A stretch of 64,000 nucleotides of DNA, from assembly GCA_037447605.1 (NCBI GenBank), contig CM074822.1, positions 333,492-397,491 of the forward strand. The letters run 5' to 3'. Position numbers and translations under genes: made by a program. This document shows, piece by piece, positions 11,389 through 22,510 of this stretch; position 1 is the first letter of the stretch; every line of letters begins with the position of its first letter. This DNA is from Zygnema circumcarinatum SAG 698-1b (lineage: Eukaryota; Plantae; Zygnematophyceae). The notes under the pieces are model-generated. The model was not told the DNA's origin and made no database searches. It saw nothing but the letters and a program-made list of their open reading frames with translations.

Positions 11389-12386
11389 GGCGGCTGGAGA
11401 GGAGAGAGGGAGAGAGCGGCAGGTGAGAGAGAGAGACAGGAAGGAGGAAAGGAGGGAGGGAGGAAAGGAGGGAGGGAGGAAAAGAGGGAGGGAGGGAAGC
11501 AGGGAGGGAAGCAGGGAGGGAGGGAAGAACCGCCAGAGAGTTTCGATTGCTGTGGGGCCCTTCAGCTTTATAAACACGGAAATGTCTCGTCACGCGTGGT
11601 CCCGGTCACGGCACGAACTCGACTCCAGTTGCTCCAGAGCGCCACGTGTCATACGAAACACGTGGCACTCGCTCGTGCCTTTCAATAGTACCCGAACCGA
11701 CCGGCTCGACCGACATTTTTTGAACCGAACCTGGCTCAGACCTGACCCGAGGCGACGGGAACCTAGCCCGAATCTGGCCCGAACCAGGGCTTCGTTGGGT
11801 TCGGCAGGGATTCAATAAACTGTTTCTAGTCGCTACACGACAAACGCGAGCAACGACCGCCTTCAAACTTCAGAATCTCCCTTGTCTTACTCGTCGTACG
11901 GTCACTCCGAAGCTTCTTTGGAAGTGACAGCCAAGATCAGGTCCAGCGAATCACGAAGCTAGCGAAGCTAAGTGATCGAATCTTATTGAACCAATCGAAG
12001 GCTGCCCTTAGATTCGGTGGAAACTAGGCAATGTCACGTGGCAGGGCGTGTACGGCATAATATCTGCGTCGAGATGTACAAGTTGTACCAGATGTACGAA
12101 AGCTACGGACTGTACATGTTGTACGGATAAAACAAGGTACGTTGCAAGTGGGGGAGCACCGTTTCATAAGAATGAAGAATGGTACAACTTCCAGTGACCT
12201 TGCGAGACTGCTTAGTTAGTCAGACATTGGCTTCACATCTGACCAAATGGTACACATTCCTTTGACCAAAGGCGAGTACATTCGTTAGTCAAACCTCCCC
12301 AAACTCCGGCTGTTCCTCCCCAGCTTGAAGCTCTACCTCAAAACCCCAAAAACCCTACAATCCCTAAAAACACTTTAAACCCTAAC

Positions 12387-15033
12387 CTACCCACACACCC
12401 CATCAAGAATGCATTCCACATTAGGGTCTGCCATGGGCGATCGGAGCAGGGTCTGTCTGCAGCCCACCTCCTTCTTCCCCCCCACACAGACCTCCTTGTA
12501 CCGCCCCTTCAGCTTCTTCCCAGCAACCTCCCCCCCCTCTCTCTTCACATCGAAAGCGAACCCCCTCGCTATATCAAACATTCTCTCTAACTGCCTAAGA
12601 TCAGAGAAACTGAGCTCAACCAACCTCTCATGTGCAAAGTAATGCTTGCATCTCCTATCTGCTTCACATGCTTCTGCAGATGTGGCAGCAAACTCAGCAT
12701 CAAGAGGTTGGGGACTCCCTTGGTAACATTGATGCTGCATGTATGTGATGCCTGAAGCAGTTGCCTTTATGTAGTACATGGCATGTTCCATGTGGAAGGG
12801 AAGGACCTCTATTACTACTGTTTCTTGGCGACCAAAAGTGGCCGGATTGGTCAGTCCTGCCCCATGCATAGAGAGGATGATGTCGGCTTCTCGCACATGT
12901 CTGAACTGCTCTTTGAAGGGCATTCCGTCAAAGTCGATCTCATTGACCTACACATGGAGGGCACGATGACCTCATATGATCAGGTTTGAAGGTGAAGGGA
13001 ATCTCTCTCTCTCTCTTTCTCTCTCTCTCTTTCTCCCTCTTTCTTTCTCCCCACTGCCCTCTCTCGCCTCTCCCCCGCCCTTTTCACTTCCCCTCTCTCT
13101 CTCTCCCTCCCTCTTTCTTCCTCCCCACTGGCCTCTCCTCTCTCTCCACTCTCTCGTCTCTCTCCCTTCCTCTTCCCCTCTCTCTCCCTCCCTCCCTCCC
13201 ACTTTCTTTTTCCCCACTGCCCTCTCCTCTCTCTCCACTCTCTCGTCTCTCTCCCTTCCTCTTCCCCTCTCTCTCCCTCCCTCCCTCCCTGCTTCCCCCC
13301 TCCCCCCTCCCTCCCTCCCTCTCTCCTCCCCTCCCCTTCCCCCCCCCCCCGATCTGCACTCTTCCCTCTACCGTCACCATCCTCCCCCCCCTTTCAAGAC
13401 GGAAAAGAACTTCTGCACTTCAATTTTCAAGAAAAGTTACCATTTACGTTTTGACACCCCCTTACAAAACACTTGAAGTACATCACACAACCCTAACGCC
13501 GAAACTTTATTTACCTCAAAGTTAAATTTTGCGACGAGATTTTTCAAGGCTGCCAGACTCTCGTTCGTGAAAGATCGTCTGCCAACAGTCTTTATTGCAT
13601 CTCGTCGAACCCACACAAAGCGAACATTTGCATTTGTTCGGACTTCTGCGACTTCAAGGGAGCGATGAAGCTCATCTTGAAACAAAGCTGCTGTGCGTTG
13701 ACCCCCTACATATGCAATGGCCTGCAGTTGACAGGAAGGAGAGGGAGAGGAGAGGGAGAGGAGAGGGAGAGAGGGCGGGAGGAGGGAGAAGATTTGTGAA
13801 GGATGGGGGAGGAGGAGGACAGGGAGAGGAAGGGAGAGAGAGAGAGGGAGGAGGGAGAAGTTTGTGAAGGATGGGGAAGGAGGAAGACAGGGAGAGGACG
13901 AGAGAGGGAGCGGGAGGAGGGAGAAGATCGTGGAGAATTGGGAAGGAGGAGCAGGACAGGGAGAGGAAGAAAGAGAGCGGGAGGGGGAAGAAGATTGTGA
14001 AGGATGGGAGAGGAGGAGGAGGACAGGGAGAGGAAGAGTGAGAGAGAGCGGGAGGAAGGAGAATATTGTGAAGGATGGGGGAGAAGGAGAACAAGGAGAG
14101 GAAGGGAGAGAGAGAGCGGGAGGAGGAGAAGATTGTGAAGGACGGAGGAGGACAGGGAGAGGACGAGAGAGAGAGCGGGAGGAGGGAGAAGATTGTGAAG
14201 GATGGGGAAGGAGGAGGACAGGGAAAGGAAGAGTGAGAGAGAGCGGGAGGAAGGAGAAGACTGTGAAGGATGGGGGAGAAGGAGGAGGACAGGGAGAGGA
14301 AGAGAAAACGAGGTGACAGTTCTCACCTTCAAAGCGGAAGGCAAAATTACTTTTTGAAAACACAGAGGCCATTCTTCAGTGGCACTTTCAAAGGGCTCCT
14401 CAAACTCTACCAGGCCATGTGCGAGTGTGACGTCACCCAACATTTCATGCGGCCGCAGAGCTTTCGAGTAGCGAATGTCAGACCCATAAGAAGGTTGCAA
14501 AGCCATTGACAAGAGAGTGGCGAGAATAGAAGCATGATATCCCTGTGCTCCTTGTTTCCGAACTCTGCATCATCCAAATGGGTTTCAAAAATGGGCTTCA
14601 AATGAGGGTTTTTGAAGCTTAAGAATGTGGAGGGAAAGGCATAACTCCACATTCTTAACAGAATGTCTAATCATCTGTTAAATCGTTATAACATTTGCTT
14701 ATTTTTTTGATGTTAAGAATGTGGAGTTATGCCTTTCATGCAAGAGTTTCGAAGAGATGTTCTTCGCAGAGGCAGACCTGTCTAAAAGGTGATGTTGCCG
14801 TGGGAGAGCGAAACGATCCACTTGAATGGTGAGTGCATCAATGGTGCAATTGTTGGCAAGCAGGATTGTCATAGCCTTCCCTGCAAGCTAACCTCCTCCC
14901 TTTCAGCAGTTCAGTAACATACCACCGGACCTACTTCTCCCAACAGCAACAGAGAGACAGGGCAATATAAGAAAAGAACTCCACATTCTTCAACTCACAA
15001 CCTGCAAAGGGCCCCTCACTCTGTTGACAGTAT

Positions 15034-15067
<34 letters not shown>

Positions 15068-16246
15068 GGAGAGAGAGAGAGAGAGAGAGAGGGAGGAGTT
15101 GGGAGAGTAAACCTCTGTCCAACTCACCAAGAAAATGCGCGACATTGGTAGAATCTCGCTTAAGCCCCTGCAGAAAGGTCGTTCCTCCTCTCCATTCCAC
15201 ACCTTCTCTTGAGCTCAGCCAACTCTCTTCCTTTGGAAAAATCGGAGAGAAGTTTTCCCGGCCTACTCCCGTCATGGCCCACTCCCATCTCTTCAAATCT
15301 CTGCAGGGAATAGCCTTCAAGGGCCCTCCTCTCACAGCCTCTCTCCCTTCCTTGCAAGCTACAGGTCCTGCAGGAGTCGCAAAGAACTGTCCATCGTAGC
15401 AGAGATTCTCGCATATGCAGATAGGTTGCCAGAAGCAGCAGACGGGATGTTCGATTTCATAGCAGGCGCAGGCAGCCGTTAGGTTGGCACCTGCTGCAAG
15501 CAGCTTTCCCAAGTCATCTGACTGCGCCTTTTATGAGAAAAGCATCTCCACAAAGCTGCACATTAACCAACAAATGCTCATGTGTTCCAGTAAGAGCAAG
15601 CATCCAGTGGTGGAGCCAAGAGGCGGGTGGTATTCAACACGCTGAAAGCAGACATTCTCAGATTCCCATATTGAGGGACTAAGATAAGTTGCTATGGATG
15701 AAGGTGCCTTTAAGCAGACAAGCAAATCGTCAAGACTTATTGATGAAATCCGAAGCTGCAAGCAGTTAAAATCATTCAGCCAAGCTGTATAAGCAAGACG
15801 CTTGGCTTCAGTGCTCCTTCAGAAAACCAAAGGATAAAGCTTGACAACAAACAAACATTTTTTTTCTGAGAAATCGATGGAAGAGAAAACAAACAAGCCA
15901 TTCCAAAAAAAAAAAAACGAAAGATTCCGAAATAAATTTGAATACACCCCTCCAACTCCCCCCGCCATTTCCCTCTCTCATAGCGTGCATTTGCAAGAAA
16001 CGCTCTCCATCATATTCAAAGAATGTAACCCTAAAACAAGCCGCCATGGCTCGTGTGAGGACCTGCTGCAGGCCGTGGCAGAGCAGCTGTACGGCTCCTG
16101 GCGAGCTCTCTGAACTGCAAATCCGCCTCACTCAGTCTGCGCTCCCTTAGGGAGCATCCTCCCTTGAGCTGCAGAGCCATCAAAGCAAGGGCAAGAGCAG
16201 CCATGGTAGAAAACCTAAAATCACTCAGCACAAAGGCGGTCGCCAT
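12387..16246 (-). CDS. Glycosyltransferase family 61 (DUF563-type) protein, multi-exon
   Basis: GT61 motifs EQF..READIILSMHGAGLTN and VIEVLP, plus LCFQKVI and WVRR..RRSFTN. Phase-consistent exons 12387-12947, 13515-13721, 14327-14564, 14778-14880 and 15128-~15527. The first exon (~16246, hydrophobic anchor AALALALMAL) and its donor are uncertain. Confidence 0.85.
13730..14310. repeat. Purine-rich minisatellite (~60-bp unit, GGAGAAGATTGTGAAGGATGGGG core) in a GT61 intron
   Basis: About 9 imperfect tandem copies visible. Confidence 0.8.
14635..14736. repeat. Perfect 26-bp inverted repeat (50-nt spacer) in a GT61 intron
   Basis: AAAGGCATAACTCCACATTCTTAACA (14635-14660) is the exact reverse complement of 14711-14736. 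Confidence 0.9.
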
Positions 16247-17518
16247 GGATGGAAGCAGAAGAAACTGTCAAACTGACTTCAAAAAACCCTAAAAAAAATT
16301 GCTGTTGTTGTGGGTTTATAGTGAGAAGAGAGAAAAGAGAAAGAGAAATGAAAGAAATTTAAAAAAAAAAAATTAAGAAAATATTCAAGAGAAAGTGGAG
16401 GGTAGTTGAGCAGGTCGGTGGGAGTGGCTGCTTTGCAGAACTTGGCCAGCTGTTCTATGCAAACCGCCCAGTTCTCGTTCCCGTCGTCGTTCCGTTCCCT
16501 ATGAAAACTGAAAATATCAAAAGAGGATCTATGTTCTACTTCCGGTCGAGCTGAACTGAGGTTCTATGCTCGTGAAATACGATGAATTGCCGTTCTTGTT
16601 CGCTGTTGTGAATATGATTTTGACGGATTTAAACGACCAGGGACATGTCAACGACCTAGAAAATTTTTACCTCATAGTTGTTGAACATGCTCGCTTCATG
16701 TTTCTATGAATTGGATCGAAAGGGCCTCCCCCAATTGCGAACTATGGTAACCTCCAATGGGGACTCGTCACGTGGCATTAGCGAGTTTGGACTTTGCTAA
16801 GCAAAAATTTGTTGATGGTTTTTCATATCTCAACAAGGCAGAACATGCCCCAATGGACCAAAGTTGGGAGAAGGACACGTAGGAAGATATAGAGGGGAGA
16901 GAAGTGAAGTGAGAGAAGAGCGAATAGCTACGAGACGAGAAAGAGAATGTAAATTGAGGGCAAACATACGAACCTGAAACAAACAAACAAACAAACAAAC
17001 ATGCAATCAAGAACATGTGTGTACATATGAAACATGAATCATCGAAACATGACCAAGTTTACGAACCCTAACAACTATTCACGAATTTGCTAGTTAGGCT
17101 CGAATCAGCGAAACTTCGTGCTATCTATTGGCAGTTGACACCCTACCCAGGGAATGTTAGACTATGTGTATGCACTACTGCATATTGTACTTTGAATGTT
17201 GTGGTGTCTCCCTACCTCCCCTAGGTCTGCATTGGCAGTCACAGGTCGGATCCGGCATATGAACCATTCATCAGTTCCACGGTTTTTTCCGACGATATGT
17301 TGGGAATTATGGATTACCATGGCTAATGCCACACAACAAAAAAGCAAACAACACAACACAAAAACATCACAACTTGACAATATCACTTGAGAGGGAGGGG
17401 GGAGGGGGGAAGAGGGAGAGGAGAGAGGGAGAGGGAGAGGGAGAGGGAGAGGGAGAGNNNNNNNNNNCCCCCCCCCCCCCCTCCCCCCACCCCCAAACCC
17501 ATTTTTTTTTCTTTTTTG

Positions 17519-17585
<67 letters not shown>

Positions 17586-18694
17586 GCTCTTTCCCTCCGC
17601 TGCTCTCTCTTCTGCTCTCCCTCCTCTGTTCTCTCTCCTCTGCTCTCTCTCCTTTAGTCTCTCTCCTCTGCTCTCTCTCCTTTAGTCTCTCTCTCCTTTA
17701 GTCTCTCTCCTTCGCTATCTCTCCACTAGTCTCTTCTCTGCTCTTTCCCTCCGCTGCTCTCTCTTCTGCTCTCTATCCCCGGCCCTCACTCTCAACTGCT
17801 CTCTCTCCACTAGTCTCTCCTCTGCTCGCTCTCTCTCCACTGCTATTTCTCTCCGCTGATCTCTCTTCTGCGCTCTACCATCTGCGCTCTCTCGCTCCTC
17901 TGCTTTCCCTCTCCTCTGCTCTCTCTCCACTAGTCTCTCCTCTGATTTCACTCGCTCCTCTTCTCTCTCTCCTCTAGTCTCTCTCCACTGCTCTCTTCTC
18001 TGCTTTGCTCAGAAGCAAAAGAGTCTGAGAGTCAGAGAGTTTGCGAAAGTCTTTAAGAACGTGGCGCTGATGTGAGAAGGAAAACAGGGGGGGGGGGGTG
18101 AATATCCGAAATGGGGAGGGGCGGGATATCCAGAAAGGGGGCCGGTCTAGCCGAAATGGGAGGGCGGGATTTCAAAAAAAGGGCGGGATAAGCAAGAGGC
18201 GAAATATCATTTTCCTTTTTTTATCGCGATGAAACCAGAAGCATCCAACAATTGGAAGTTCAGAGAAGGAAGAGATTGTGTAATGAGAAGCACTAATCTG
18301 GCCATGGTCAGAATAAGCAGAAACCCAGAAACCAGAAAATCAGACCCACAGTCTGAAAACCACATTTTTTTCTCGGCGAAAATTCACATTCAGTTTTTAT
18401 CGAAGTGTCTTCACCGTCCAAAACAAGAAGCACAGTTTCAGGATTCTGATTCCACCACAGCCACATTTTCACGACTGAAGAATCAAACAAAGCTATAGGA
18501 GAGAAAACTCTGGAATTGGAACCTTTTGTTTCCATCATAGATAAGAATTTTTACACTATCGCCAGGCAGTTCAGCCTGAAATTTACAGACCAGGTTCTAA
18601 CCTCAGCGTCGCTCTTTACGTCTCATGTCTGAAAGCTATCGAAAACACTATTCTTCTTCTGCAAACCCTCAAAAAGGATGAAATTATACAGCGC

Positions 18695-20449
18695 TTAGTA
18701 AACTCCCCGGGGGATGATCACATCGGCAATGTTCGCATGGAAAGGGTCAGCAAGATGGGCTGCAAGGTTGTCCAGGGGGCCTGTTCCGGGGTACACTGCA
18801 GCCTGAATGCAGAAGCCAAGGAAGGCAACGAGAGCAAGTCGTCCTGCACAAAAAGAAGAAGAAGAACACCATAATATAAAAATCTCAGTCTTAGTCTTAG
18901 TCTTAGATCGACACGAGATAGGAGGAACAGCTAGCAGTCATTCAGAGCATGCAAACAGTAAAGTGAGGAGTAACATTAACAAAGACAGTGGAAAAGGCAA
19001 ACAGAATGCAACAGAATCACATGAACAAAGAAAGAGTGAAGAAGAAGAAGAAGAGAAGAAGTCGAAGAAGAAGAAGAAGGAGAAGGAGACGAATAAGAAG
19101 AAGGAGAAGAAGAAGGCAGTACCGTTGTTCAACTCCTTGGTCCTCAACTCATCCAGCTTCGAGGGGTCCTTTGCGAAGCCGAGAGGGTCGAAGGGGCCTC
19201 CGGGATACTTCATCTTTTCGGGATCGGTCTCCTCGTTCCTCTTTGCCTCAGCGAATGCGATGGCAAGGGCGTTGAAGGTGAGGATGAGGGGAAGGCTGCC
19301 CCATGGCACAGGCACTCCGAAGTAGGTTGCCTGCCCACCGTTGGCGGCAAACGCCTGAGCATCGACCCAGTTGCCGAGTCCAAGGGCCTCAGGGATGAGG
19401 ACACCGGGCTGCAGAAAAAGGAACAATCGAATATGTGAGCGTCATCCATATCTTTCAAGGAATTAAATTTCAAACAATACAATAGTTTCTACTTCGGAAT
19501 TCTCTCATAGGAAAACGCAAGGCTAGCATGTCAGCCTGACAGTAACTAGTGTGTAGAGAGGGAAAGGTGGGCAATCTCTTACGATGGCCAACATGGCCCA
19601 TCGGCAGTGGATGAGCTCCGCCACTCTGTGCCTCTCGAGGTTGGAGGGGACCTCTCCGAGCTTCAAGGGGTCGAAGCCGTAGTCACTGCAAAAGCAATAA
19701 GCAGACGCACCTCAAACATCCTGATAAAAAGACTGCATTCTGCACTGTACATTCATGTAGGTATGGCCTTGCTATGAAGACCTTCCCTCGTTCAGATACT
19801 TGGAACATCCAATGACATTCCCCGAATGCCCAAACATTTTGGCCGAACAACCAAATATTGGAGATTACTCGAAACGATAACTAATGAGTGACATACTGAA
19901 AACGGTACCAACGTGCTCAATAGATAACAAGAACTAACACATCAACAGTGTTAAGTAACCCGAAAAGATCATGGCGGAAGCTAGCCCTAAAATTACAAAG
20001 AGCGATCTCTGAATTTGGTTTCCCAACAAAAACCATCAAACTAACACTGAGAAACGCTGCCCGCATTCCACATTGCAAGCTGAACAATCCCGCATGTGAA
20101 TCAGTCATATGCAATACGGCAAACTCCGTCCAAGTCTAACTCCACCAGCTCCTGCCTTCCACCTGCAGGCTCACATTTCTTTCCCTTCCGTTCTCAAACC
20201 TACACAAGCCGATCTTGCTTCCCATTCCCGCTCAACACTACTCTATCCAAAAAAATGAACATACCCTGGCTGGCTGCCGTCAAGGTATGCCGGCCTGGGT
20301 TCGCCAGGGAGCCATGAAGAGCTGGCGCGCATGCACACGCGGGAGCCATTGCTGGGGGCAGCAACAACGGGCGCGGCGGAACGGGCGGGCGCCAAGAAGG
20401 CGGACCGAAGGGCCACGGCCATGTGGGTCTGCGCAGCGGTGGCAGCCAT
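18695..20449 (-). CDS. LHCA1: Photosystem I chlorophyll a/b-binding protein Lhca1; complement(join(18695..18843,19123..19408,19583..19685,20265..20449)), 240 aa
   Basis: Transit peptide, then [62 protein letters not shown] and [13 protein letters not shown]. Four exons with consistent phases sum to 723 nt. Confidence 0.95.
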
Positions 20450-20722
20450 GGCGGCGAGAGAAGCTCCTGAGGGAGTGAGGGGGAGAGGGGGAGATAGAGG
20501 GAGAGGGAGAGGTGCGGGAGGAGGGAGGGGGAGCGCGCTGCTATTGTGGCCGGCGGGCCAAGTGATTGGGAGCGCTGACGTGGTGGACCGGCGCGCGCTG
20601 ATTGGCTGGCGCGGCCGGGAGGCGCGCCATTGGCGGCCACGGGATCGCGGCATTATCGGGAGGTGGCGGCTGGATTTTGTTTAAAGGAATAAGTATTTTA
20701 TATTCATGTTCATCAACACACT

Positions 20723-20796
20723 GGCCTATTAGCTCAGCTGGTTAGAGCGTGGTGCTAATAACGCCAAGGTCACAGGTTCGAGACCTGTATGGGCCA
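20723..20796 (+). tRNA. tRNA-Ile (anticodon AAT)
   Basis: GGCCTATTAGCTCAGCTGGTTAGAGC..TGGTG-CTAATAA-CGCCA..GGTTCGAGACC..TGGGCCA. Acceptor, D, anticodon and T arms all pair. Oligo-T runs follow (Pol III terminator). Confidence 0.96.
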
Positions 20797-20894
20797 CTGT
20801 TTTGAAGTTCTTTTGCTTTTTGGCGTATGAGTTGGAAATTTCAGTTCTGACTTTTGTTGCGCTGAGCCACACAATTAGTGTTTATTTGTTGGTT

Positions 20895-21037
20895 CGAACT
20901 CTGTTAATTCCAGTCCGAACTCTGTTAATTCCAGTCCGAACTCTATAAATTCCAGTCCGAACTCTGTTAAAACCAGTCCGAACTCTGTTAAAACCAGTCC
21001 GAACTCTGTTAAAACCAGTTCGAACTCTGTTTAACCA
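20895..21037. repeat. 21-bp minisatellite (CGAACTCTGTTAA[TT/AA]CCAGTC) x ~7
   Basis: Head-to-tail units at a 21-bp period with no spacers. Confidence 0.9.
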
Positions 21038-21363
21038 TTGCTGGCTAGAAAATGCTTTGCTTTAGTTTCCTTTAAGTACGTGCTTTTCAAACCATTATTC
21101 CAATTAAATTCTTCTGCTCAGGTTTTTAGTTCATGTTGATCGGCGGTGAAAGTGTTATGAGAACATTACTTCAACAAAATCACAAACTCAGGTGCATATA
21201 ATTCCTTAAAGATTTTAGAAAATCCCATATGTTTTTTTAAAGCTTGCGTCAACACCACTGTGCAATGAAATTGCTTTATACACTAACGACTTGTTCCGTA
21301 CGGCGAGGTATTTACACAATGTACTAGAAGCAGAGTTCATCAGCTCATAGCTCTATTCTCTTA

Positions 21364-21427
21364 CCTTTAGGTCCTTTGTGAGCGGTTGATTCCTCGTGGT
21401 TCTTTCTCCATGTTGTTGTTGTTGTTG
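21364..21427 (+). mobile_element. Short dispersed repeat with (GTT)n tail; probable 3' end of a non-LTR retroelement (RTE-like LINE or SINE), copy 1
   Basis: AGGTCCTTTGTGAGCGGTTGATTCCTCGTGGTTCTTTCTCCATG(TTG)n. Homologous inverted copies at 28361-28432 and 35196-35261. Confidence 0.55.
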
Positions 21428-21493
21428 GCCGTACACCTTCCAGGATCGCCATAGCACGAGTCTAATTCACATACTGTATATCGAGAAGTAGTA

Positions 21494-21985
21494 CAGTCAG
21501 GGGCCCTCATATTTTCCACCCTGGTTTTGGCCAATAGAGGCGAAAATATTGATTTTGCATGTATAAGGTTCGTGTTACCAATAGACGGGCGGTATTATGT
21601 TAGAGTTCATGTTGGAATGTACGTATCGTACCGTACTATATCGTACCATATCGTACTGTATCGGATACTACAACTCGTACGGCTAATACGGATAGTACCG
21701 TACTGTATCGGGGCGTTTCGTATTGTACCATATCGTACCATATCGTATCGTATCGAAGCCAAGAAGAAGGGGAAGAGCGAGCGCCTCTTACGGCGGCACG
21801 TGCGGGGAGATTAGGTGAGTTTTGCGTAAGCCCGTAACGGCTAGTACGGCTAGTACGGACAGTCCGGACAGTACGGACAGTAGGGCAACACGAAGTTACC
21901 GTACAAAAAGGTGGTTTCGGCAAAATCGGGGCGAAATTCTTGGGGACGCACTCCTCAGGGCGGTAAATACGAGGGCCCCTGACTG
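21494..21985. mobile_element. Complete Tc1/mariner-type MITE (492 bp)
   Basis: TIRs CAGTCAGGGGCCCTC[A/G]TATTT at both ends, TA duplicated at 21492-21493 and 21986-21987, no coding capacity, related copy at 1-200. Confidence 0.9.
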
Positions 21986-22510
21986 TACATTGTGTAAATA
22001 GCTCGCCGTACGGAACAAGAAGGTGAAGATGCTCAAACGAAGAAAGGGGGGGGAGGGTTCCCATACTCTAGCTGAAGGTGCTTGACTCCAGGGAGAGGCC
22101 CTTCTGGGGCTGCTCCTAGAGAGCTTCTAGCTTCTTTGTTGGGCATGGAAGCATGAGTTTGGCGCATAGCCGTTCTATCGGCAGTTCCGTGAAACTGCGC
22201 GACAGCCATTTCCGGACGCCGTTGAACGGAGCAGCTGCCCATGGAACATGAGGGCTTCTTTGTCGCCATTGAAGATACCCTGCCAATCAAGGATTGCCAC
22301 GTGAGCAATTGTGTACACGTGGTATGATGAGTCCAAGTCCGGCCTCTCTTTTCCGTATAACCATCATCCAATCGAAGTATGTCACGTGTCACTATCTACA
22401 CGTAGACACCACTCATTGGACGGCGGTTGCTGACATGGCGTTTGGAAGGGAGGGAGGGGGGCCCCCTCCAAGAAGGGGGAAGGCTTGCAGCTTTGGAAGG
22501 TGAGTTGGCC

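Noticed and set aside
16440-17160. Possible DNA transposon (repeated TTCTATG and AACATG motifs)
   Set aside because: I could not find TIRs or a TSD.
20895-21037. CRISPR-like regular repeats
   Set aside because: Head-to-tail units with no unique spacers, no cas genes, and a eukaryotic context.
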